A stretch of DNA of 63,489 nucleotides, filler included, from Octopus bimaculoides (Eukaryota), in NCBI RefSeq assembly GCF_001194135.2. It is 8 parts of 7 records of this genome, joined end to end, with 100 filler letters (N's around TTAATTAATTAA, not from the genome) between each part and the next. Parts side by side here need not be neighbours in the genome. Positions count along the whole stretch, not along the records: positions 1 to 2,467 come from NC_068988.1; positions 2,568 to 9,347 come from NC_068999.1; positions 9,448 to 23,001 come from NC_068983.1; 5 more parts are not named here. The stretch is one strand, 5' to 3'. Position 1 is the first letter of the stretch. Every line of letters begins with the position of its first letter. Positions 1-13,791 of this stretch are shown here, piece by piece. The translations under genes and the position numbers were made by a program. Below the pieces are notes generated by a model. That model was not told where the DNA came from. It saw only the letters and a list, made by a program, of their open reading frames with translations, and did not search any database.

Positions 1-8
1 ATGTATGC

Positions 9-39
<31 letters not shown>

Positions 40-95
40 ATTAAATAATGACAATGATGATGATAATAATAATAATAAAAATAATAGTAGTAGTA

Positions 96-150
<55 letters not shown>

Positions 151-169
151 TAATAATATATTTATTATT

Positions 170-689
170 GAATTAGACAGCAGTGCATGCCATGAAAGTG
201 GCACTGGGGTAAAATATTCGAAGCCCAGTATACCTATCATGACAAGGGTACATCAGGCAATGTAACAACCAGATGTGCGCGACATGGTGATCTCATATCA
301 AGATAAACAATGCATGACCTTGTAGATGGGTCCCAGTCATAAGGTCCCTCAATAAGGATTGTTTATTGATGATAAATGAAACACCCATGTTTCCAGAGAT
401 GAACTATTCACCCCCCCAATTCCTCTCAATACATAGTTCGTAATCAATGATGCACATATCGTCAGCCACTAAGAGACATACTCAACTGGTTAAGGTCAAA
501 CAACTAACAAACAAATCTGTGGTATTCAGCGGAATATTTGTTGTAGCCCATCTTTTATATCAAGACAAAACATATAAGTGATAACTCTTCCAATCAGTTA
601 AGATCAGAAGCCATGATAACCATTGTCTGGTACTGCATCAGGGGATTGATGCTCTTCCACTACTTTTGCACGAGATCAGAGAGGTACAT
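170..689. repeat. Interspersed non-coding repeat 'family A', copy 1, flanked by (TAA/TTA)n
   Basis: Collinear similarity to 1657-2243 (GCATGCCAT-AAAGTG-CACTGGGGTAAAATA ... GGTACTG-ATCAGGG); bounded by AAT/TAT arrays. Confidence 0.8.
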
Positions 690-710
690 ATTATTATTAT
701 TATTATTATT

Positions 711-1145
711 TGATGTTTGACTTTTGTTTTGCATTTGTACAAGTTGGATCCAAGTCTCACCCAGAGATCTCTAGAGACAACAAGTTAGAAGTTCATGTAG
801 GTGTTATGCCTAGGGTACCATATATTTGGATTTGTACAGTTTTGTTCAAGTGAATGTTTAAGAAACCATAAGAAAATTATGTGTTTGCTTTAAAATTTGA
901 GATCACATAGACAGTATTTTACGTAGGATATGGGCAGTTCCCATGAGCACTATCTTTTGAACTTCAGCCATTTTGGTGTTTCCTGGAATCTGATCTAGGT
1001 AGTAATCAGCCCGTTTCGCTGTCATTCCCAGGGCACCTATGACAATAGGTATTGTTTTCGTCTTCAGATTCCACATTTTGCTAATTTCTATTTCAAGATC
1101 TTTATATTTGCTCAGTTTTTGGTAGGTCTTGACAGATACGTTTAA

Positions 1146-1146
<1 letters not shown>
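711..1146 (-). mobile_element. 3' fragment of R4/Dong-like RLE non-LTR retrotransposon (family 1) inserted in (TAA)n
   Basis: Translates to QKLSKYKDLEIEISKMWNLKTKTIPIVIGALG...QKIVLMGTAHILRKILSM*, the RLE C-terminal K-KY-DL-EI-W / PIV-GALG pattern; ~190-bp 3' UTR then (TAA)n tail at 690-710. Confidence 0.85.
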
Positions 1147-1213
<67 letters not shown>

Positions 1214-1568
1214 NNNNNNNNNNNNNNNNNNNNNNNNNNNNNNNNNNNNNNNNNNNNNNNNNNNNNNNNNNNNNNNNNNNNNNNNNNNNNNNNNNNNNNN
1301 NNNNNNNNNNNNNNNNNNNNNNNNNNNNNNNNNNNNNNNNNNNNNNNNNNNNNNNNNNNNNNNNNNNNNNNNNNNNNNNNNNNNNNNNNNNNNNNNNNNN
1401 NNNNNNNNNNNNNNNNNNNNNNNNNNNNNNNNNNNNNNNNNNNNNNNNNNNNNNNNNNNNNNNNNNNNNNNNNNNNNNNNNNNNNNNNNNNNNNNNNNNN
1501 NNGCTAATTTCTATTTCAAGATCTTTATATTTGCTCAGTTTTTGGTAGGTCTTGACAGATACGTTTAA

Positions 1569-1656
<88 letters not shown>
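1147..1656. repeat. (TTA)n microsatellite spanning an N gap; 1503-1568 duplicates 1081-1146
   Basis: Direct reading; the poly-N and poly-L ORFs derive from it. Confidence 0.95.
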
Positions 1657-1657
<1 letters not shown>

Positions 1658-2243
1658 GCATGCCATCAAAGTGACACTGGGGTAAAATATACGAAGCTCA
1701 GCATACACATCATGATTACCCATCTGATATGCATGCATCACATGCATCACATGCATCACATGCATCACATGCATCACATGCATCACATGCATCACATGCA
1801 TCACAGCCATATGTGCGCGACATAGTGATCTCATATCAAGTAAACAGTGCATGACCTTGCGGGTTGGGATCCAGTTAGAATTTTCTTCCGGTCGAGTAGT
1901 CCATCCCGCTTAAAAGGTCCACCAAATAAGGGTTGTTCAGGGATGTTGAGCAAAACACCCACGTTTCCAAAGGTGAATTATTCGAACCCCAAAGAATTCC
2001 TCTCAACACATGGCTATGATGCTCCCCACTACTTCTGCTCATGATCAGAGATGCACATATCGTCCACCAAGAGACATGTCATCTGGTTAAGGTCAAACAA
2101 CTGACAAGCAAATCTGTGGTATTGAGCAGAATATTTGCTGTAGCCCATCTTTTTATACCAAGACAAAACAATGTACATGATAACACTTCCAATCAGTTAA
2201 GATAAGAAGCCATGAGAGCCACTGCTTGGTACTGTATCAGGGC
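1657..2243. repeat. Family A, copy 2, with internal (ATGCATCAC)8 array at 1733-1804
   Basis: Similarity to 170-689; eight 9-bp units counted; flanked by (TAT)n on both sides. Confidence 0.85.
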
Positions 2244-2268
2244 TATTATTATTATTATTATTATTATT

Positions 2269-2467
2269 CAGTAGTTTTATTTTTATAACGTGCTTTCACT
2301 TCACTACCGAGCGCAGCTCTGTGCGCCTTGGGTATGTGCTGTGGTTTGCTGTGGTGCTCTTATGTTTACTGTATTGAAAGTGTTTTGCGTAGAATGTGTG
2401 CAGTACCCAGTAGTGCAATTTTCTGTATGTTATATATATTTGTAAGTCCTGGTGTTTTTGTTATGTA
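2269..2467 (-). mobile_element. 3' end of R4/Dong-like RLE LINE (family 2)
   Basis: Minus strand reads YITKTPGLTNIYNIQKIALLGTAHILRKTLSIQ*, then 3' UTR and (TAA)n; same UTR at 15826-15952. Confidence 0.85.
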
Positions 2468-2567
2468 NNNNNNNNNNNNNNNNNNNNNNNNNNNNNNNNN
2501 NNNNNNNNNNNTTAATTAATTAANNNNNNNNNNNNNNNNNNNNNNNNNNNNNNNNNNNNNNNNNNNN
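2468..2567. other. Assembly spacer N44-TTAATTAATTAA-N44 (also 9348-9447, 23002-23101, 43841-43940, 46491-46590, 52886-52985, 61571-61670)
   Basis: Identical 100-bp layout seven times; the 12-mer has stop codons in all six frames. Confidence 0.97.
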
Positions 2568-2613
<46 letters not shown>

Positions 2614-3388
2614 TATACTGATACAAATACATACATTGATACACACATTTACGTATATACACATTATACAAACACATTTGCGTGTGTTAATATATATAGT
2701 ATATATTACATTATATAATATAATACTATATTATATTATATTATATTATATTATATTATATTATATTATATTATATTATATTATATTAATATATTTCTTA
2801 AATATAAAATAAGAAGTTTCAGTGAGTCCTGCTTGAGCTTCTGAGTGTATCGGTCCCACCTTTCATAACTCACTGGTTTAAGACTGACGATTAAAGGTTG
2901 ATGCCCGATTTTTCGCTTTGAAAATAACTGCTTTTTTAGTTTAGGAGATTTTATTCTGTAACTATCAATTATTCCATACAGGAGAGCATTAATTATTCCA
3001 AGTTTAGTTGCCAACATCCAATTGAATCTTCGTCTAAGTATGAAGCGTCCTACAAGTTTTTAAAAACACCATGTTTATTAGAATGATTCGCAAGAGGAGA
3101 ATATGCACCGATTCATCTCAAAGAATTGCACACCAACACTATCTTATTTTAACTTCTAGATATCATGTTACATCTTTTTATGTATTCTTTCGCCCCAGAC
3201 CTAGAAATATATCGTGATTCTCTATTCCATAGACATTTTTTCTTCATAAAACTCTCATCGCTCGCAGATGCTAAAACTCTGAAGTATATATTTTCACTAA
3301 ACCAACACACATGTGTAGAGCCATTTTGAAAGTCATTCCTTGTTTATACTGCAGCTACTATGTATACATATATGTGTATACATACACC

Positions 3389-3427
<39 letters not shown>

Positions 3428-3916
3428 NNNNNNNNNNNNNNNNNNNNNNNNNNNNNNNNNNNNNNNNNNNNNNNNNNNNNNNNNNNNNNNNNNNNNNNNN
3501 NNNNNNNNNNNNNNNNNNNNNNNNNNNNNNNNNNNNNNNNNNNNNNNNNNNNNNNNNNNNNNNNNNNNNNNNNNNNNNNNNNNNNNNNNNNNNNNNNNNN
3601 NNNNNNNNNNNNNNNNNNNNNNNNNNNNNNNNNNNNNNNNNNNNNNNNNNNNNNNNNNNNNNNNNNNNNNNNNNNNNNNNNNNNNNNNNNNNNNNNNNNN
3701 NNNNNNNNNNNNNNNNNNNNNNNNNNNNNNNNNNNNNNNNNNNNNNNNNNNNNNNNNNNNNNNNNNNNNNNNNNNNNNNNNNNNNNNNNNNNNNNNNNNN
3801 NNNNNNNNNNNNNNNNNNNNNNNNNNNNNNNNNNNNNNNNNNNNNNNNNNNNNNNNNNNNNNNNNNNNNNNNNNNNNNNNNNNNNNNNNNNNNNNNNNNN
3901 NNNNNNNNNNNNNNNN

Positions 3917-3955
<39 letters not shown>

Positions 3956-4061
3956 GAGCCACAAATGTATGTGCTTATACACACACACACAAATACATAC
4001 ATACACACATACATAGATATACATATATGTATGTGTATGTAGACGTTTCTGAACATATATA

Positions 4062-4378
4062 CTCTTTTACTCTTTTACTTGTTTCAGTCATTTGACTGTG
4101 GCCCCAGGACTTATTCTTTGTAACCGCTAAGTTACGGGGACGTAAACACACAAGCATCAGTTGTCAAGCGATGTTCGGGTGGGGACACAGACACACAAAC
4201 ATACACACATATACATACATATATACGACGGGCTTCTTTCAGTTTCCATCTACCAAATCCACTTACAAGGCTTTGGTCGGGCCGAGGCTATAGTAGAAGA
4301 CACTTGCCCAAGGTGCCATGCAGTGGGACTGTACCCGGAACCATGTGGTTCTACTTACCACACAGCCACTCCTACGCC
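4062..4378 (-). mobile_element. tRNA-derived SINE family A (CORE-like; resembles Octopus OR-type SINEs), with small internal deletions
   Basis: Head GGCGTAGGAGTGGCTGTGTGGTAAG, CORE-like GCACCTTGGGCAAGTGTCTT, tail TGACTGAAACAAGTAAAAGAG; matches 55011-55603. Confidence 0.85.
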
Positions 4379-4749
4379 AATATACATATATATATATTTA
4401 TTATACATACACACTCACACCTATATATATATATATGTATTTATATTAAAGCGTGTATATATATATATATATATATATATACACGCACTGATTAATGTTC
4501 AATCTATGCACACATGTACAAAGCACATTATAAGATGAAATATATATTTAACGAGAGTAACCCACTTTCCACCTACATACATCATTCCAATGTGGTATTT
4601 CTCAGGAATACGTAGACAATAGTAATTAATAATTTCTAATTAAGGCTGATTAGTAAGATGAAATGGTATCAAGAGATTATTTCACACATGCTGACTACGT
4701 CTATAGATATCAGGATATCACTACAGACTATAACATTTGGATATCAAAC

Positions 4750-5115
4750 GATGTATTGCGATGGATGTTGGCAGTGGTTGTAATTGTCATAGTAGTGGTA
4801 GTGACAGTGGTGGTGGTAGAGGCGCTAGTGTTGTGGTAGTGGTGACTGTAGTTGTGACGGCGATCTTTGTAGTGGTGGTGGTCGTGGTGCTTGTAGTAGT
4901 GGTGGTGGTATGGCGGTGGGGGAGGGGGCACTTGTGGCAGTGTACCTTTAGTGGTGGAGGCGGCGGCGATGATGGTGGCTTTTAGGGTTGGTGGTGTTGG
5001 AGACGTTGGTGATGGTGCTGGGATCAGTGGTTGGGGGAGGGGTGATGACTGTGATGGCGACGACTACAACGACGAAGAAATTGACGTGGAAAACATAATT
5101 ATCGTGATCCGTGAC

Positions 5116-5181
<66 letters not shown>
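4750..5181. repeat. (GGT/GTA)-rich low-complexity tract followed by (GAT)n
   Basis: Direct reading; source of the poly-D/V/G ORFs. Confidence 0.85.
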
Positions 5182-5182
<1 letters not shown>

Positions 5183-5265
5183 GCAGAGATAACGATAAAG
5201 ATGGCGGTGATAGTAATGCATTTGTGATTATCTCTTTACTATAACACTGCAATAAGCTTATAAAT

Positions 5266-5310
<45 letters not shown>

Positions 5311-5719
5311 CACATTCCTACACATAAACATACACACGCATGCGTATTACGCAAGATCCTAGTGACGTCAGACCTGGTTTTAAGAAGTAACGAAAAGTAA
5401 TTATTGTTTATTATGATAAAAGCATTAATATTTCTTGATAAAAAGGAAATACCCAGCTTATAGCAATCTCTAACATATCACATAATATCGTGACTTATAA
5501 AAGGAATCTTTCCGCTATCTTTCCATAAACGCATATTGCACACGCACACACATACACACTCACATGTATACATACACACACACGCATACACGCACACATG
5601 CACACACATACACACGCACGTCATTCTTTTATAACTACGATGGCCTGGTTAACTAGCAATATTGTTAGTTGTGGATATTACATGCAAGTTCATATAGAAC
5701 TGTGTTAGATTCTGTTCCT

Positions 5720-5754
<35 letters not shown>

Positions 5755-6316
5755 NNNNNNNNNNNNNNNNNNNNNNNNNNNNNNNNNNNNNNNNNNNNNN
5801 NNNNNNNNNNNNNNNNNNNNNNNNNNNNNNNNNNNNNNNNNNNNNNNNNNNNNNNNNNNNNNNNNNNNNNNNNNNNNNNNNNNNNNNNNNNNNNNNNNNN
5901 NNNNNNNNNNNNNNNNNNNNNNNNNNNNNNNNNNNNNNNNNNNNNNNNNNNNNNNNNNNNNNNNNNNNNNNNNNNNNNNNNNNNNNNNNNNNNNNNNNNN
6001 NNNNNNNNNNNNNNNNNNNNNNNNNNNNNNNNNNNNNNNNNNNNNNNNNNNNNNNNNNNNNNNNNNNNNNNNNNNNNNNNNNNNNNNNNNNNNNNNNNNN
6101 NNNNNNNNNNNNNNNNNNNNNNNNNNNNNNNNNNNNNNNNNNNNNNNNNNNNNNNNNNNNNNNNNNNNNNNNNNNNNNNNNNNNNNNNNNNNNNNNNNNN
6201 NNNNNNNNNNNNNNNNNNNNNNNNNNNNNNNNNNNNNNNNNNNNNNNNNNNNNNNNNNNNNNNNNNNNNNNNNNNNNNNNNNNNNNNNNNNNNNNNNNNN
6301 NNNNNNNNNNNNNNNN

Positions 6317-6375
<59 letters not shown>

Positions 6376-6702
6376 AAACACTTGCACCATGTTCCTACGC
6401 ATTTGATATTGCTGGATATTATTACTAGATAACACAGCTTTTTAGATCAGAAATAACACCAGATATATTCATACCATGTTTTGATATATAACGGTCCGAT
6501 ATCCACGAATCTCTGTTAACTCCATGTATTAATCTTAGATATAGCACCGTACAGTGTGAGAAAGTTCAACTAGAATATGGTACGATCGCTGTTAGTTGTG
6601 GGTGATATTTCAACACTTAGAATTAGATTAGACAGATTCTCTCAATGCATTTCATATGAAATCCACGAATGTTAATTAAGATTCGCTCAAGCCTTATCTT
6701 AT

Positions 6703-7095
6703 ATCTTGCTTATTTCAGTCATTGGATTGCAGCCATATTGGAGCACTGCCTTTAAGGTTTTTTTAAATCTTTATTTATTTATTTATTGTTGAACAAGTCG
6801 CTCCCATAGCTTACTTAGTAAGTCTAGTAGTTTATCATTTTCTTTTGCCGAATCGCTAATTTACGGGGACGTAAATAGACCACCGCCGGTTGTCAAGCAG
6901 TGATGGTGTTGGTGAGAGACAATCACGTGCATATATACACGATGGGCTTCCTCACAGTTTCCATCTACCAAATATACTCTCAAGTCTTCGGTCGGGATGG
7001 GGTTAGAGTAGAAGACGTGAGGTACCACGTAGTGTGATGGAACTCGAAACTGCATGTTTGCAAAGCGACCTACTGGACCACACGGCCATGCTTAA
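6703..7095 (-). mobile_element. SINE family A, diverged copy
   Basis: TTTCAGTCATT-GA-TGC-GCCAT...TTACGGGGACGTAAA...GGTTGTCAAGC...CAGTTTCCATCTACCAAAT. Confidence 0.75.
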
Positions 7096-9296
7096 GGCAA
7101 CTGTTAGTCTCTTAGATAATAATTTGCTGCTATCATTAATAGTGCAATTCTAATTAATAAAAATCTCTTGATTTACTCCATCAAATGTGTTAGCACTCGC
7201 TTTAATATTTAATTAATATGGAGCAGGTGCCCGTAGGTGTGTTTACCAAGTCATTTTAGAATACACACGCACACACGCACACACATGCACATTCACACAC
7301 ACTCACATTTGTATGTGTACGCACTCACACACTATTGTTCACAAACATTTACACGCGTGTATAAATATATATATACATATGTGTGTGTGTGTGTGTGTGT
7401 GTATGTGTGTGTGTGTACATACACCCGTATATAAATGATACAGACTAACATCTACCTTTATAGTTATTTAATTGCCCTATTACATACCCATTCTACACAC
7501 TCCTACCTACATATTTCTCCGTCCGTCCGTCCCTCCATCCTTCATACCACCATTCATCTTTCTAATATAATCCCTCACACACAAACACAAACACCCTCAC
7601 ACACACGGTTTCTCTCTTTCTTTCTCTCTCTCCCTCTCACACACACATACACCGATTCTTACCTCATCTTCATCGCACCCCCGATCGCGCTCAATCCTCA
7701 CTCAGCTCAACTCTTTTCACGTCTTCCTTTACTTTAACGACCTCCTTCAGCATTTCAACGAAGCAATCTCACTGAAAGACAAGCTCCACCTACACATCGT
7801 CAAATCATCTGATAGCTAGCTGCCTCTCCTTGACAGTCACACAGCTGTTAGCCTTAAAAACACCACCATGCTATAAACTGCAGCCCTTAAACAAGAAGCA
7901 GTAATCAAAACGCTGATATTACACTAACAGATGCTGGAATCATCTGGATTCTTTTAGATTATGGCTTGTCTTCAGGTTTATTTACATGTTCCTCCATTTC
8001 TCAAACGATTTCCCTCATTTATTTTACATCATTCTTCATTTTTTGCTTCGTTTTACTTCGCTTTTATTCGTTTTCCGTCATTCCTCTCTCGTTCTGTTTG
8101 GTTATCGTCTGCTTCTTTTAGTCAAAAGTTTACTTCACCGTCACTATAAATACACAGGCAAACATCCACCTACACAACCCGCACACAGATACACTATATA
8201 TATATNNNNNNNNNNNNNNNNNNNNNNNNNNNNNNNNNNNNNNNNNNNNNNNNNNNNNNNNNNNNNNNNNNNNNNNNNNNNNNNNNNNNNNNNNNNNNNN
8301 NNNNNNNNNNNNNNNNNNNNNNNNNNNNNNNNNNNNNNNNNNNNNNNNNNNNNNNNNNNNNNNNNNNNNNNNNNNNNNNNNNNNNNNNNNNNNNNNNNNN
8401 NNNNNNNNNNNNNNNNNNNNNNNNNNNNNNNNNNNNNNNNNNNNNNNNNNNNNNNNNNNNNNNNNNNNNNNNNNNNNNNNNNNNNNNNNNNNNNNNNNNN
8501 NNNNNNNNNNNNNNNNNNNNNNNNNNNNNNNNNNNNNNNNNNNNNNNNNNNNNNNNNNNNNNNNNNATATATGCATATATATATATTTGTATATGCATAT
8601 ATATGCATATGTATATATGTATATGTATACATACGTAGTGTGTACCATATACTTAATTTCTAATTAGTTACGGAGCATGGCCAGCGAATTAAAGTGTATG
8701 ACTTGTGAAGTTTATTTGTGTCTAACTACCACACACACAAATACACACACATCCACACATGTAAATATAGACGTATGCATATATACATACGTACGTGCAC
8801 ACAAGCAAACATAGCTTCAATATTATAATATTCAGTACATGTACACTCATGCGAGAAGCAGACGCTTCACTGTTCACGGTTCCATTCTTTTAAGGTTACA
8901 CGAAGTTAATTTAAAAAGATGACATATTTTCACTGCTTCATAGCATCAATCAGTGATCACACAGATGCATAAATGCAATTATATTTATATGTTTGTGTAT
9001 GTGTGTGTGAAAATAAAAACTGGAGATTTGAAAATTGTTTGGTTATCACCTGCTTTGATATTGTTATTCAGCAGAAAATGTTTTCCAGTATTTTCAACTC
9101 TTATGCATACCTTACACAAATATAACGTCTGCATACGGATTTGGAATGCTGAAATAGGATGTATTTCAAGGAGTCACAACTTGGATTTTAACCCTCTCGA
9201 TATAATATAAATAATCATTATATATATATAAACAGATATGTATAGGTTTGTCTACGCTTGTATGTGTCTGTATCTCTGTGTGTGCATGTGTGTGTG

Positions 9297-9347
<51 letters not shown>

Positions 9348-9796
9348 NNNNNNNNNNNNNNNNNNNNNNNNNNNNNNNNNNNNNNNNNNNNTTAATTAAT
9401 TAANNNNNNNNNNNNNNNNNNNNNNNNNNNNNNNNNNNNNNNNNNNNATTCTTTTTTATCTCGCGTCCCTGACCTTTTTGAGCAAACGCCCCCCCCCATC
9501 TCCAAACAGAGCAAGGTACCCTTTAAGGGTCACATTCCATCAAACCCCACCCTTTCACTACTATACCCTCTACCACCACCACCACCACAATTATCACCAC
9601 TACTGCTGCTGCTGGTCCATTGCCTTTATCTGTTTATCTAAGAGTCACAAACATTTGCGCAGGCACACATACACTGACAGAGGCACTCAACACACGTATT
9701 ACTAACACTAACACGCAACCACATACATGCATATGTATATATATATATATATACTGAATGTACATACACACACATAGAAAAACACACACATATATA

Positions 9797-9948
9797 TACG
9801 ATGAGCTTCTTCCAGTTTCCGTTTACCAAATCCACTTACAAAGCTTTCGTTGGCCAATGGCTAAAGCAGAAGACACTTGCCCAAGGTGGGACGGAACCCA
9901 GAACCATGTGGTTGGTAAGCAAGCTACTTAACACAAAGCTACTCCTAT
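9797..9948 (-). mobile_element. SINE family A, 5' half
   Basis: CAGTTTCCGTTTACCAAATCCAC...GAAGACACTTGCCCAAGGT...GAACCATGTGGTTGGTAAGCAAGCTACTT. Confidence 0.8.
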
Positions 9949-11039
9949 ATATATATATTAATAGTTTACGTTCTACGTCATCAGGTTTTTTGTCTTTTCT
10001 CCTTTTTTTAATTAATTATATATATATATATATNNNNNNNNNNNNNNNNNNNNNNNNNNNNNNNNNNNNNNNNNNNNNNNNNNNNNNNNNNNNNNNNNNN
10101 NNNNNNNNNNNNNNNNNNNNNNNNNNNNNNNNNNNNNNNNNNNNNNNNNNNNNNNNNNNNNNNNNNNNNNNNNNNNNNNNNNNNNNNNNNNNNNNNNNNN
10201 NNNNNNNNNNNNNNNNNNNNNNNNNNNNNNNNNNNNNNNNNNNNNNNNNNNNNNNNNNNNNNNNNNNNNNNNNNNNNNNNNNNNNNNNNNNNNNNNNNNN
10301 NNNNNNNNNNNNNNNNNNNNNNNNNNNNNNNNNNNNNNNNNNNNNNNNNNNNNNNNNNNNNNNNNNNNNNNNNNNNNNNNNNNNNNNNNNNNNNNNNNNN
10401 NNNNNNNNNNNNNNNNNNNNNNNNNNNNNNNNNNNNNNNNNNNNNNNNNNNNNNNNNNNNNNNNNNNNNNNNNNNNNNNNNNNNNNNNNNNNNNNNNNNN
10501 NNNNNNNNNNNNNNNNNNNNNNNNNNNNNNNNNNNNNNNNNNNNNNNNNNNNNNNNNNNNNNNNNNNNNNNNNNNNNNNNNNNNNNNNNNNNNNNNNNNN
10601 NNNNNNNNNNNNNNNNNNNNNNNNNNNNNNNNNNNNNNNNNNNNNNNNNNNNNNNNNNNNNNNNNNNNNNNNNNNNNNNNNNNNNNNNNNNNNNNNNNNN
10701 NNNNNNNNNNNNNNNNNNNNNNNNNNNNNNNNNNNNNNNNNNNNNNNNNNNNNNNNNNNNNNNNNNNNNNNNNNNNNNNNNNNNNNNNNNNNNNNNNNNN
10801 NNNNNNNNNNNNNNNNNNNNNNNNNNNNNNNNNNNNNNNNNNNNNNNNNNNNNNNNNNNNNNNNNNNNNNNNNNNNNNNNNNNNNNNNNNNNNNNNNNNN
10901 NNNNNNNNNNNNNNNNNNTGCTGAGGCGCACACACACACACTCTCAGATATAAAACCATTCTTTGTCCACACAGCTAAGTACACAGTCTAATGAATTTTC
11001 CTGGAAAACCAGACCATTTATCTTTGTTTCCACCGTAAG

Positions 11040-11778
11040 AGACACACACACACGCACACGTGCACACACACACATAGGCACACGCACATAAGCACACACA
11101 CATACACACACACGCATCCACACATACATGCACACACACACATACATGCATACGCAAGCACACATACATATATACGCGCAAACACATACATGCATACACA
11201 CACATGCGCACGCACACACATGCGCACGCACACACACAAGCACATACGCACAATCACACGCACACATACACACATACGCACACACACGTACCTGCATACA
11301 CACACGCACATACATAAGCACACACACATACGCACATACACACACAGATATGCACGTACACATATACGCACACACACACACACACATACGCACACACACA
11401 CACGCACACACTCATGCACGGACTAGATCAAAGACAGTTACACACACACACACGAATAGACAAGCACACACACACTATTTGCGTGTGTATGCCAGTATGT
11501 ATGAATGTATGTGTACGTATGCATGTGTTTGAGTGTCTGTGTACGTAACTGCATGCTTGTATGTGAGTATGTGTGCCTGTGTGTGCGCGTGTGCATGCGA
11601 GTGTGTGTGAATGAATGTGTACGTATGTGTGTGTAAGTGTATGCTTGTGAGTGTATGTGTACGTAAGTGTATTCCTGTGTGTGCGTGTATGAATTTATGT
11701 GTGCGTATGTATGTGTGGGTGTCTGCCAGCAAGTGTCTGTGCGTTGGGGTGTATGTTCGTGCTTACATATGTTGGTGT

Positions 11779-11822
<44 letters not shown>
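11040..11822. repeat. Cryptic (CA)-rich array (11040-11475) followed by a complementary (TG)-rich array (11478-11822)
   Basis: Direct reading. Confidence 0.85.
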
Positions 11823-12035
11823 NNNNNNNNNNNNNNNNNNNNNNNNNNNNNNNNNNNNNNNNNNNNNNNNNNNNNNNNNNNNNNNNNNNNNNNNNNNNNN
11901 NNNNNNNNNNNNNNNNNNNNNNNNNNNNNNNNNNNNNNNNNNNNNNNNNNNNNNNNNNNNNNNNNNNNNNNNNNNNNNNNNNNNNNNNNNNNNNNNNNNN
12001 NNNNNNNNNNNNNNNNNNNNNNNNNNNNNNNNNNN

Positions 12036-12089
<54 letters not shown>

Positions 12090-13752
12090 TATGCACAGAA
12101 ACCCTCTCACTCTCTCTCCCACACACAGCTTTAAATAAATATTATTCCACTCTGTCTAATAACATTGAAGGCATTCTTTAGTTTAATTGCTGTTCACATC
12201 AATGTGATACCAAGGCCTCCAAGCCTTTCAGAAACGTGTGTCCAACAAAATATATTTTGTGCGACGCACAGTCATAGATTAATCCTCTTCACTCTCAGAC
12301 TTCTATCTTTGAATCCTTTATTAAATGACCTGATCACGTTTCTATGTTCACCTAAAACAAAGATATGTACACAATCAAGACATCATAAAAGTGAATGAAC
12401 TATATATCTTCAAAATATATTTATTACAATGTTATTCTCATTAAATTCCGATCCGACACGTGTTTCTGGTGCACAGATATCCAAATGACTTTGATGTAGC
12501 ATCTATGCGCGTTTAGTTGCTTCAATTACAAGGTAAACATTTCTATGCAGCTTTGTTCAAGGTTTGACCCATCCCGGTTTTATATTTCTGTATGTATGTA
12601 TATATGTAAGTATGTATGTATGTTATTTTCTGTTTTTTAATTAATTTCTTCCCCTGAGGACGGAGCTGGTTTGTAACAAAGCTCCATCGTTGGAATGTAG
12701 ATAACGAAAACAATGTCACATTTTGAACTTGAGAAAAGTCTTGCATATTTTTACTGTTCCACTTAGAGATTGTATTTTTGCAAAGCACGTGTTAGCTGGT
12801 CGATTTCTTTTTCTGATAATCCAAGTTTATCCAGATTGCCACTTAGGCATTTGCTCACAAAGCCACGTACACCAATTATTGTTGGTATAAATCTGAATTT
12901 ATAATCTCTATGTTTGCACGAATATATGTATATTTGTATCGATAAGAAATGAAGAAAACGTAATTGAATTTTAAAAATTTTCTATAGCATAAGCGTGTTT
13001 TCACAAGCCAATTCTCGTTATCACACAAGTCTACTGGCCCACTGTACAATCCGTTCGGTACACTTCCTCGGTATTATCCGCATAAAACATTATGCGATAT
13101 TTCTTACATACCGTCTCAACACATTTTTAAATCGTATGTTTAAATATACGAATGCACACACCGCACACATACTGTCGCACACGCGCGCGCATACACACAA
13201 ATTGTCTTCAATGTATTGATTGTAAACAGACAGATTCGCTCGTTAAGCACTCAAGAGTTCTTATATATACATGGGAATTATGAGTGTTATCATTCAGCTA
13301 TTCCTCGTGAATAGATGTATAACCGCCAGTCGTCAGTAAAGTCCATTACTTATTGGCAATTAGAACTGTCTGTTCTTTGAGGTCAAAGCAAGTTACGTGG
13401 TCGAAGCATTTTGCAAGCTCTGAATCGAAGAATTAGGATGTAAAAGAGATTAACTGGCGACGTAGAGTTCGATGGGTAAGAACAAGAGCGTTTACTCTAC
13501 GTGTCGTCCATAGTTTGCACTCTTGAATTTGCACCGTTTGGAATAAGTTCTTCTGGCATTTTGAGATATTTAAAGAGGAAAGTCCGTCTGTGATACTATT
13601 TAGATAATAGTTCAGATTTCAATCAATCAATCAATCAATCAAGGAATTAATCAATAAATCTATCTCTGTCTACCTATTTGGGCATCCCAACAATGGCTTA
13701 ACTGACCGAAACTTCGAAGTCACTGTCAACGATATTCTTGATAAAGAATATC

Positions 13753-13791
<39 letters not shown>

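Noticed and set aside
1503-1568. Apparent tandem duplication of the Dong-like fragment
   Set aside because: Identical sequence on both sides of a gap within (TTA)n; most likely a contig-overlap artefact
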